Assembly: GCA_022768945.1 (NCBI GenBank)
Contig: JALEKY010000003.1
Span: forward strand, 1,135-65,134
Length of the DNA stretch: 64,000 nucleotides
Source of the DNA: Christensenellaceae bacterium
Lineage (GTDB): Bacteria > Bacillota > Clostridia > Christensenellales > Borkfalkiaceae
Reading direction: 5' to 3'
The translations under genes and the position numbers were made by a program. Of the stretch, positions 38,353 through 45,411 are shown one piece after another (within the stretch, counting starts at the first letter, position 1; each line of letters opens with the position of its first letter). Under the pieces are notes generated by a model, which saw only the letters and a list, made by a program, of their open reading frames with translations, was not told the origin of the DNA and did not search any database.

Positions 38353-38442
38353 AAAAACGGACGAGCAATACTCGCCCCTACAGGATTTTAATTGCATGTT
38401 AAGTTGTAAAAAGGAACGGACGACAGATGGCCGCCCCTACGG
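38353..38442 (+). repeat. bipartite intergenic repeat, copy 1 (unit A 38357-38381, unit B 38416-38440)
   Basis: Unit A is ACGGACGA-GCAATACT-CGCCCCTAC and unit B is ACGGACGA-CAGATGGC-CGCCCCTAC. The same A-spacer-B architecture recurs at 45289-45379. Confidence 0.6.
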
Positions 38443-38463
38443 CGAGGGGATGTTAAAAAGTTA

Positions 38464-38498
38464 CAAAAAAACGAACCCGAAAAACGGATTCGTTTTTT
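38464..38498 (-). terminator. intrinsic terminator downstream of tRNA-Glu (bidirectional shape)
   Basis: On the minus strand, AACGAATCCG-TTTTT-CGGGTTCGTT is followed by TTTTTTG. Confidence 0.6.
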
Positions 38499-38501
38499 AA
38501 T

Positions 38502-38576
38502 TGGTAGCCCCAAGGAGAATCGAACTCCTGATTTCGCCGTGAGAGGGCGACGTCTTAACCGCTTGACCATGAGGCC
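38502..38576 (-). tRNA. tRNA-Glu (anticodon CTC), 75 nt with encoded CCA
   Basis: The reverse complement is GGCCTCATGGTCAAGCGGTTAAGACGTCGCCCTCTCACGGCGAAATCAGGAGTTCGATTCTCCTTGGGGCTACCA. It folds as a cloverleaf with the anticodon loop CTCTCAC and the T-loop GTTCGATTC. Confidence 0.9.
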
Positions 38577-38589
38577 GAACTACCTAAAC

Positions 38590-38618
38590 ATAATATCATA
38601 ATTTTTTACATAACGCAA
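38590..38618 (-). promoter_or_regulatory. candidate promoter for tRNA-Glu (TTGCGT-17-TATTAT on the minus strand)
   Basis: The -10 ends 13 nt upstream of the mature tRNA 5' end. Confidence 0.5.
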
Positions 38619-38745
38619 ACGTTTTTTATAGTTTTAAAGAAATTTTTTTATAGCTCCGCTTATTTTTAAAGAGTTTACAAAAATAAGTTGTTTTTTTGAT
38701 TCGGCTGTGTCACAATTTATCCAGATAAAAAAGGAGAATGTTTCA

Positions 38746-40398
38746 GTGAAGAAAATACAAGCGTTTTTGCTAACTATAATTTGTTGTTTCGTATCGTCGT
38801 TTTCGACCGGATGCAACTTGTTTGTCGATTTCGATTATAATATCGATTTTGTTGTGGACGGAGAAGTCGTTGCGACGGTAGGAACAAACGGCGATAAAAT
38901 AGCAATGCCGAAGAATCCCGTAAAGGAAGACTACGCTTTCGACGGTTGGTATTGGGACGAGGGCGAATGGAATGATAAATTCACCCTCAATTCGATTTTG
39001 GATCAACCGCTTGAAGATAAAAACCATTACAAAGTATATGCGAAATTCAAGTCTACGGTTTACTATACGGTAATTTTCGTTGACAATTTTACAGACGAAG
39101 GAATACCCCAACAAATCAAGAAAGGCGAGAAAACCGCTTTAAGGCTCAACACGTTTACGAGGAAAAGTTACAAATTTACGGGTTGGACGTGTTCGGGCAA
39201 AACTTATGCGGACGGAGAAGAAGTTCTCGATATATGCGAAGTCGGGGAGTCCGTATATATGTATTCGAAATGGAAATTTATCGAAACTCCCGTCGATTAC
39301 GGCAGCTATACGATAGTTTTCGACGCAAACGGCGGCAAAGGAAAGATGGATGACATAACCGTAGGCGTTCGGGACAAAGTCGTTTTGCCTGCAAACGCTT
39401 TTACTCGCAAATACTATGATTTTGCGGGTTGGTGTGAATATCCGTCAGACGTCGAGGAGAGATTTAAGGACGGAGAAACGGTAAACGAGCTTGCTTCGAA
39501 AGGGGAAACTGTTACTCTGTATGCGGTTTGGAAAAAACACGAAAATGTTTCGTTTATTTACTATTTGGAAGATCTTCAGGCTGTTCGCAATAACCCGAAC
39601 GGCACGTACGTTTTGCAAAACGATTTGGATTGTCAATTCAATAAAGTACCCTCTTTGTCAACCGGAACAGCATTTTTTAACGGTACTTTCGACGGAAACG
39701 GTTTTGAAATAAAATTTGCGACGTTCGAGGCTGAAAGCAGTTCCGGCGGCTTTGCAAGTCTGTTCGGAATAATCGGAGAAAGGGGCGTTGTAAAGAATTT
39801 GGGCGTTGCGCATTGCGACACTACACCTGACACGGAGGAATCCGCGATTTTTGCCGTACAAAACTTAGGAAAAATCGAAAACTGTTACGCTTACGATTGC
39901 GTAGCAAAGGGGGGTAATTATGACGAACAGTGCCTCATATCGAACGCGGGGCTTGTTTTAGCAAACAACGGAACAATTAAAAATTGTTATTTTGAAGGTG
40001 CTTTAGCGGCTTTTGTTCCGCTTGGAACGCATCACGTTTCCGGCGGAATTTGCGTGAATAATTACGGCACGATTGAAAACTGTATCGGATTTTCGAACGT
40101 TAGCGTTCTGGACGACGAAACGAGGTACGGAAGAGTTGACGCCATAGCCGTATTCGACTACGGAACAATTAAGAACTGCTACTACGACAAGGAAAGGAAT
40201 TTTGAATTACTGCCTTTCCATTCGTCGGGAACGGTACAGGTGAGCTTTTCTGTCGGTTCGAATTTCGGCAGCGGCGTATCGGAAAGGGAATTTAACAATC
40301 GTTTGTTCTACGTGAACACGCTCGGGTGGAGCGAGAGTATCTGGGATTTCTCAAATCTCGATTATTGGGTGGAACAGTTGCCGGTATTAAAGAAATAA
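38746..40398 (+). CDS. surface lipoprotein with Listeria-Bacteroides (InlB B-type) repeats and a GLUG-like C-terminal region
   Basis: It has a GTG start 8 nt after the AAGGAG RBS and a lipobox FSTGC. Three repeats are seen: FDGWYWDEGEW, FTGWTCSGKTYADGEEV and FAGWCEYPSDVE...DGETV. These are followed by GGFASLFGIIG-type motifs. Confidence 0.7.
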   Translation: MKKIQAFLLTIICCFVSSFSTGCNLFVDFDYNIDFVVDGEVVATVGTNGDKIAMPKNPVKEDYAFDGWYWDEGEWNDKFTLNSILDQPLEDKNHYKVYAKFKSTVYYTVIFVDNFTDEGIPQQIKKGEKTALRLNTFTRKSYKFTGWTCSGKTYADGEEVLDICEVGESVYMYSKWKFIETPVDYGSYTIVFDANGGKGKMDDITVGVRDKVVLPANAFTRKYYDFAGWCEYPSDVEERFKDGETVNELASKGETVTLYAVWKKHENVSFIYYLEDLQAVRNNPNGTYVLQNDLDCQFNKVPSLSTGTAFFNGTFDGNGFEIKFATFEAESSSGGFASLFGIIGERGVVKNLGVAHCDTTPDTEESAIFAVQNLGKIENCYAYDCVAKGGNYDEQCLISNAGLVLANNGTIKNCYFEGALAAFVPLGTHHVSGGICVNNYGTIENCIGFSNVSVLDDETRYGRVDAIAVFDYGTIKNCYYDKERNFELLPFHSSGTVQVSFSVGSNFGSGVSEREFNNRLFYVNTLGWSESIWDFSNLDYWVEQLPVLKK

Positions 40399-40437
40399 TT
40401 AAAGGGAACGGAAGCCCTACGAAAATTTTAAGCGAAA

Positions 40438-40470
40438 AGCGGGTTTTAGTATTTAAAGCCCGCTTTTTTT
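40438..40470 (+). terminator. intrinsic terminator after the lipoprotein gene
   Basis: AGCGGG-loop-CCCGCT is followed by TTTTTTT. Confidence 0.65.
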
Positions 40471-40483
40471 ATGAAATCGCGTA

Positions 40484-40512
40484 TTGACAGAATTTAAGAG
40501 CGGTGGTATAAT
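40484..40512 (+). promoter_or_regulatory. consensus sigma-A promoter TTGACA-17-TATAAT with no ORF behind it
   Basis: The -35 lies at 40484-40489 and the -10 at 40507-40512. The nearest CDS start is 360 nt downstream. Confidence 0.55.
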
Positions 40513-40825
40513 CAAAAAAGTAAGACGGTTTTTTGCCGTCGTTTTTCAGAAAAAAGGCAAAAAAATACCTGTATGTGCCGTAAACGGAAGAATGAAAAAC
40601 CCGCTTTTTGCAGGTGGGTGATCTGTTGAGCGTCCTCTGACTTCCTGCGTTAATACCGGATATCCGTCCGGTCAGGCTTTGCATATACGTTCAAACCCGA
40701 TCTCCCTTATTTTCGATGTGGATTCCATATGAAGATCCGTTCCTCGAACACAACAGGCATATCTGATTGATAATAGAGAAAAAGTCTGTTCGGGTTTTTA
40801 AACCGCACTTCTTTTTCTTAATAAC
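40513..40825. ncRNA. candidate structured non-coding RNA; strand and identity unresolved
   Basis: It is gene-free and bracketed by a consensus plus-strand promoter and a TTGCAA-17-TATAAT minus-strand promoter (-35 at 40849-40854, -10 at 40826-40831). It contains several stable hairpins. No RBS-preceded ORF is present. Confidence 0.25.
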
Positions 40826-40872
40826 ATTATACTATATTATACTCGTTTTTGCAAACGATTATGAGGTTATTT

Positions 40873-41604
40873 ATGGAAGTTTCTGTTCTCGGAAAATACG
40901 GACCTTACCCGACGCCAGAAGGAGCGACGAGCGGCTATCTTTTAAAGACGAGCGGGGGGCTTTTCGCTCTCGATATGGGCAGCGGAGTTTTTTCGCGCCT
41001 TTCCGGCATTTGTCCTCCCGAAAAATTGAACGCGGTGTTTATTTCGCATTTTCATTACGATCACGTAGCGGATCTCGGGATTTTAAATTATTACCTTGAA
41101 GCCCTTGCAAGAAAAGGACTTTTTAATGCGAAAATGCCCGTGTATATTCCCAAAGTCGATTGCCCTGCGGCGGACGAGATTAAGGAGATGAAGTATTTTG
41201 ACGTAAGGACGGTGGAGGACGGCGATACCGTTACGTTGAACGGAGCAAAGTTCACTTTCTTTTTAACGGCGCATCCCGTTTACTGTCTGGGCGTCGCTGT
41301 GGTTTCGCGGAAGGAAAAATTCGTTTATTCCGCCGACGGAGATTTATCGAAAAATCTCGAAGAGAATTTGAAAGGAAGCACTCTTGCCGTGCTCGACGGG
41401 GCGTTTCTCTCCAAAAACTATGCGGAGGGCAAACCTCATATGAGCGTTTACCTGTGCGGGGCGTTGTCCGAAAAGTTCGGGGTTAAAACGGTTGTTTCGC
41501 ATTTAATTCCGACAAATCCGACTTATGCCGCTATAAAAGAATTGAGCGAGTTTCCGTCCGCTTATCTTGCGGAAGAGGGGAAGACTTACTTTTCGGTGAA
41601 GTAG
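40873..41604 (+). CDS. MBL-fold metallo-hydrolase (cytoplasmic; RNase Z/BN-like)
   Basis: I moved the start to MEVSVLGKYGPYP (ATG 40873, GAGG RBS). It has an HFHYDH motif and no signal peptide. Confidence 0.7.
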   Translation: MEVSVLGKYGPYPTPEGATSGYLLKTSGGLFALDMGSGVFSRLSGICPPEKLNAVFISHFHYDHVADLGILNYYLEALARKGLFNAKMPVYIPKVDCPAADEIKEMKYFDVRTVEDGDTVTLNGAKFTFFLTAHPVYCLGVAVVSRKEKFVYSADGDLSKNLEENLKGSTLAVLDGAFLSKNYAEGKPHMSVYLCGALSEKFGVKTVVSHLIPTNPTYAAIKELSEFPSAYLAEEGKTYFSVK

Positions 41605-41638
41605 TTTTTTCTCCGAGGGGTATAAAGAAGTTTTACTT

Positions 41639-43192
41639 ATGATAAGGGTTTTTAACTTTCGCCCGATAGTCGCCGTGCTTTTGTCGATTGTCTGCGGAAT
41701 ATGTTGTTTTCTTATGCTTTCCGAAGCGTATTACGTTTTATCGGCGGTTATTCTGCCGCTGCCCGTGATATGTTTTTTCGTTTACGCTTTAATCAGAAAA
41801 AAATTCGGGTATAAAATCGTCGTTTTCGCGCTCGTCTGCCAGATTATCGCGCTATTCGGTTTCTTTTCCGTTTATATAAGCTTTAATTCGTCATTTTATA
41901 GCGGAAACGACGTATGTGCCGTTTCGGGCAGATACGTGGGGAAAGAGTTGTACGGAAATTCCTTCGTCTATTATTTCGACGACTGCTCGTTTACGTTTAA
42001 CGGCAACGGTATTTCTTCGGCAAAACTCGACGTGACGGCGATTTCTTCCGAGGATTCCGATACCGTGACTTTGTATAATGCAATTTACGGAAACGTTTAT
42101 ACTTTTACTGCCGTATTATCCGCCGAGAGCAAATATTCTTCGGGCGGAAAACTTAACCGAAAAGCGTTTACGGAGAGGCGTTTTTTCGGCGCACGCTCGG
42201 ATTTTTCAGATATAACTCAATGTGACGTTAAGCTTTCGTTTACCGAAAAAATACTTTTTAAAGCGAGAGAAACGCTTTTTAACGGAATGGGCAAAGACGA
42301 AGCCGCGCTCACTTACGCAATGCTTTTCGGGGATACGTCGGAAATCGACAAAGGGCTTCTCGAAAATATAAGATTTTCGGGCGTCGCTCATATATTCGCC
42401 GTTTCCGGTTTGCATATAGGCATAGTGTCTTCCGCCGTTATGTTACTATTCGACAAGCTTAAAGCGAACAAGTATATTTCGTGTCTTTTTACGCTTGCTT
42501 TTTCTTTTTTCTACTGCGCGATTTGCGGATATACTTCGTCCTCGCTCAGAGCTTTTATTATGTTTGCGGTTCTGAATGCGGCGAAGCTTACGGGAAGAAA
42601 GAACGACCTTATGAACACCGTATCTTTAAGTGCGCTTATACTTCTCACGGTAAAACCGTGCGAGTTGTTTTCTCCCGGATTTTTGTTGTCGTACGGAGCG
42701 GTTTACGGAATATGTCTTTTAACGCCGTCTTTAAAGAGAATTTTCTCGTTTTTGCCCGAAAGCATAAGAGAAGCGGTAAGCGTTTCTCTTGCGGCGCAGA
42801 CGGGTTCGCTGCCTGCGTCCGTTTGCTTTTTCGGAAACGTTCCGATGATTGCGTTGCTTCTGAATTTGCTTATTTTACCGTTGATTTCCGTTTTGTTTAT
42901 AGCTGACGTAATTGCAGTTGCTTTAGGAGCGATAACTTCTCTGCCTGAAATTTGTTTGTACGTGCCGGATAAGATTACGAGCTTTTTCACCGCGTTTATG
43001 AGAGATATCGATTTTTCGTCCTTCTCGCTCGGCGGCAATCTGAGCTGGTTTGTTTTTCCTCTGTGCGCGGCGGGAATCGTTTTTGCTTCGGATAAGTGCA
43101 ACCTCGGTTATAAAACGAAAGCCCTTTTGTTTACCGTTTGTTTCGGTTTTAGTATGATTTTTTCGCAAATTGCGGCGTTTATATCGGTTTAG
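41639..43192 (+). CDS. comEC: ComEC/Rec2 DNA-uptake channel protein lacking the C-terminal MBL domain
   Basis: 517 aa, polytopic. It has an N-terminal OB/DUF4131-like region and a competence-domain segment (GVAHIFAVSGLHIG, SLRAFIMF). holA follows, as in the comE-holA arrangement. Confidence 0.75.
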   Translation: MIRVFNFRPIVAVLLSIVCGICCFLMLSEAYYVLSAVILPLPVICFFVYALIRKKFGYKIVVFALVCQIIALFGFFSVYISFNSSFYSGNDVCAVSGRYVGKELYGNSFVYYFDDCSFTFNGNGISSAKLDVTAISSEDSDTVTLYNAIYGNVYTFTAVLSAESKYSSGGKLNRKAFTERRFFGARSDFSDITQCDVKLSFTEKILFKARETLFNGMGKDEAALTYAMLFGDTSEIDKGLLENIRFSGVAHIFAVSGLHIGIVSSAVMLLFDKLKANKYISCLFTLAFSFFYCAICGYTSSSLRAFIMFAVLNAAKLTGRKNDLMNTVSLSALILLTVKPCELFSPGFLLSYGAVYGICLLTPSLKRIFSFLPESIREAVSVSLAAQTGSLPASVCFFGNVPMIALLLNLLILPLISVLFIADVIAVALGAITSLPEICLYVPDKITSFFTAFMRDIDFSSFSLGGNLSWFVFPLCAAGIVFASDKCNLGYKTKALLFTVCFGFSMIFSQIAAFISV

Positions 43193-43285
43193 TCGATTTT
43201 TAAGTTTCTTTGTCTTTTAAAAAACTTGATTTATTTATATAAAAATGTTAAAATATTAACCTGAAACGTTGCGGAGATAAACAAA

Positions 43286-44257
43286 ATGAAATACAGCGAA
43301 TTGAAACGCAGTCTTACGGGCGGGGTTAAACCCGTTTATATCCTTTCGGGCAGCGATGATTTTTTGAGAAATTACGCCGTCGGGCTTATAAAGGATAAGT
43401 GCGTTTCGATGCCCGAAATAAACTTTCTGTCGGTAGAAGAGGGGAATTTTACGGGCGACGCGGTAAATTCGGTTATCAATTCGCTTAACAGCTATCCTTT
43501 TTTAAGCGATAAAAGAATGGTAGTGGTTAAGGAATATTATCCCTCGCAGGAAGATTTGAAAAAAAGCGGAATAGGCGCGATTTTATCCAATCCGCCGGAT
43601 ACTGCGGTTTTCGTTATATCAAACAAGAAAGGCGGCAAGTTTTTCGATAAGTTCGATAAAGTCGAAAAGGTTGACTGTAACTCCGAGCTGGCTCTGTGCA
43701 TAGGCTGGATATGTAATGCGGCAAAAAAAAGGTCGATAGAAATAAGCCCTAAAGAGGCGGAGAAGATTGCGAATTATTCACTTCTCGATTTTACGAAGAT
43801 AAATTCGGAGCTTAACAAGCTGCTCGATTATTGCGCCGAAAAGGGAAGAGTGGACGATGTCGATATAGAAGAACTCGTTCACAAAGACGGCGAATATCGC
43901 GTTTACGAGATGACCGAGTGCATAGCGGAGGGGAAAACGGACGAAGCTTATGCGATTTTATTCGATATGCTTTCGAAAAACGAGAACAAGCAGATGATCT
44001 TCGTTTCGCTGTATTCGCACTTCAGACGAATGTTGCATATTTCTCTTTCGAACGCAAAAGACTCGGAGATTGCGGAAAATCTCGGCGTTAAAGAGTTTGC
44101 GGTAAAAATGACGAGGCGACAGATACGAAAATTTTCGGTAAAACGCCTTAAAAATATTTGCGATAAACTGTCCGAGTACGATATAATGTTCAAGTCGGGC
44201 GAAACGGGGCTGGACGAAGCCCTTATGAACGGAATATTTTCCGCCGTAATTTTGTAA
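43286..44257 (+). CDS. holA: DNA polymerase III delta subunit
   Basis: 323 aa with the N-terminal pattern PVYILSGSDDFL. Its position after comEC is conserved. Confidence 0.8.
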   Translation: MKYSELKRSLTGGVKPVYILSGSDDFLRNYAVGLIKDKCVSMPEINFLSVEEGNFTGDAVNSVINSLNSYPFLSDKRMVVVKEYYPSQEDLKKSGIGAILSNPPDTAVFVISNKKGGKFFDKFDKVEKVDCNSELALCIGWICNAAKKRSIEISPKEAEKIANYSLLDFTKINSELNKLLDYCAEKGRVDDVDIEELVHKDGEYRVYEMTECIAEGKTDEAYAILFDMLSKNENKQMIFVSLYSHFRRMLHISLSNAKDSEIAENLGVKEFAVKMTRRQIRKFSVKRLKNICDKLSEYDIMFKSGETGLDEALMNGIFSAVIL

Positions 44258-44298
44258 TACACTATAGCGAAATTTCGCTTTCATCGGTAGGTGTAGAT

Positions 44299-45096
44299 AT
44301 GCTTGAAAAAATAGCCAACGCGTTTTCTAACTTCGGGCTTATGATTCCCGAATTCATACTGCTGTTTCTGACGTTCTTCTTCGTTATGTACGTGTTAAAG
44401 GAGAACAACGCGCAGCTGCTTAACTATCTGTTTTGCGCTTTCGTAGTGCTTACTGGTATTGTCTTTCTGTTTGTGGACGGACTTAACAATTTCCTTTACA
44501 TCATTTTCCCGTTGATGTACGTTCTTGCGATGATAATTATGTTCTCGACGGAAATAAAGAGAATGATCTGGAACCTTTCGTCTATGAAAGCTCCGGATTT
44601 CAAGCATTCGGACACTTCCAAGGGCAGAAACAGCACGAAAGAATGTATAAACGAGATGATAAAAGCTCTTCAGAATATGTCGAAGAACGACGTCGGCGCG
44701 CTGATTATTCTCGCTTCCGCTCAGATGCCAAACTCCATTCTTGAAAGCGGCGTTTATATCGACAGCGAAATTTCGTCCGCGCTTATCGAGAGTATTTTCT
44801 TCCCGAAAACGCCTCTTCACGACGGCGCTATGGTTATAAAGGGAACGAAAATTCACTCGGCGGGTTGCTTCTTGCCGCTTTCTCAGGAAGTGAATATTCC
44901 TAAAGATCTCGGCACGCGCCACAGAGCAGGTATCGGTATAACCGAAACAATCGATGTCACCGCGATAATCGTTTCGGAGGAAACGGGCGTTATCTCTATC
45001 GCAAACGGCGGGAAAATCAAACGTTACGCAGACTCGGAAATGCTCCGCCAGACTCTTTCCCGCTTCTACGCGCAGGAAAACCAACTTTCCAAGTAA
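44299..45096 (+). CDS. cdaA: diadenylate cyclase CdaA (membrane-anchored DAC domain)
   Basis: It has three N-terminal TM helices and the motifs GALIILA, DGAMVIKG and GTRHRAGIGITE. Confidence 0.9.
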   Translation: MLEKIANAFSNFGLMIPEFILLFLTFFFVMYVLKENNAQLLNYLFCAFVVLTGIVFLFVDGLNNFLYIIFPLMYVLAMIIMFSTEIKRMIWNLSSMKAPDFKHSDTSKGRNSTKECINEMIKALQNMSKNDVGALIILASAQMPNSILESGVYIDSEISSALIESIFFPKTPLHDGAMVIKGTKIHSAGCFLPLSQEVNIPKDLGTRHRAGIGITETIDVTAIIVSEETGVISIANGGKIKRYADSEMLRQTLSRFYAQENQLSK

Positions 45097-45114
45097 TAAA
45101 GGAGGATCGTTTTT

Positions 45115-45234
45115 ATGGAAAAGAAACCAAAAGAAAAATCGCTTGTTTATAAAATATTCGTAAAAGACTTCGAAATAAAAATTCTCGCCTTTGTTCTCGC
45201 TTTGATTGTTACGATTATAATCAACGTTCATTAA
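45115..45234 (+). CDS. 39-aa single-pass membrane mini-protein in the position of cdaR (not in the supplied ORF track)
   Basis: An ATG follows 9 nt after the AAAGGAGG RBS. The product is MEKKPKEKSLVYKIFVKDFEIKILAFVLALIVTIIINVH. It resembles only the N-terminal anchor of YbbR/CdaR proteins. A terminator follows. Confidence 0.45.
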   Translation: MEKKPKEKSLVYKIFVKDFEIKILAFVLALIVTIIINVH

Positions 45235-45248
45235 GAAAATTATAAAAA

Positions 45249-45283
45249 GGAACTCGTTTTGGTTTTAAACGGTTCCTTTTTTT
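45249..45283. terminator. bidirectional intrinsic terminator
   Basis: GGAAC(T)CGTTT-loop-AAACGGTTCC is flanked by an A-run and TTTTTTT. Confidence 0.65.
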
Positions 45284-45288
45284 ACTGT

Positions 45289-45379
45289 AAAAACAGACGA
45301 GCAATGCTCGCTCCGTACGGCAATTAAATTAAAATTTAACCGGTAAGGGAAGCGACGGACGACAGATAGTCTCCCATAC
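45289..45379 (+). repeat. bipartite intergenic repeat, copy 2 (unit A 45293-45318, unit B 45355-45379)
   Basis: The sequence is AAAAACAGACGAGCAATGCTCGCTCCGTACGG ... ACGGACGACAGATAGTCTCCCATAC. Compared with copy 1, unit A is 25/32 identical ungapped and unit B 21/25. Order and orientation are the same. Confidence 0.6.
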
Positions 45380-45411
45380 AAAGTAAACGTATTTCGGCGT
45401 GGCAAAAAAAA

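Noticed and set aside
38353-38442. The two 25-nt units with conserved ends, considered as a miniature CRISPR array or guanidine (mini-ykkC / ykkC-III) riboswitch hairpins.
   Set aside because: There are only two units per locus, they have variable interiors, and no cas genes are present. The ACGA/ACGG tetranucleotides are not presented in G-C-closed loops as in mini-ykkC. The downstream UCAGGACAAGACGG core of guanidine-III is absent.
40571-40627. A small Cys-containing ORF, MCRKRKNEKPAFCRWVIC, and other micro-ORFs inside the 40.5-kb gap.
   Set aside because: None has a Shine-Dalgarno sequence at a usable distance, and their composition is compatible with random frames.
40612-40706. The helix-closed ~95-nt segment, considered as 4.5S/SRP RNA or a TPP riboswitch. 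It contains TCTGTTG, TAATACCGG and CCGGTCAGG strings.
   Set aside because: The SRP domain IV core (GGUCAGGUCCGGAAGGAAGCAGC) is missing on both strands. So are the TPP cores (CUGAGA ... ACCUGAUCUGGAUAAUGCCAGCG). The similarities are limited to short strings.
44395-45231. Long antisense ORFs opposite real genes: 278 aa opposite cdaA, 227 aa at 56129-56812 opposite rpsA, 282 aa at 35124-35972 and 274 aa at 36137-36961 opposite the ABC genes, 245 aa at 18196-18933 opposite galU, and 233 aa at 14540-15241 opposite the helicase.
   Set aside because: Each lies fully inside a sense-strand gene with strong family motifs. Their products are Arg/Phe/Lys-rich low-complexity sequence without RBS support. 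They are typical stop-poor antisense frames caused by codon bias.
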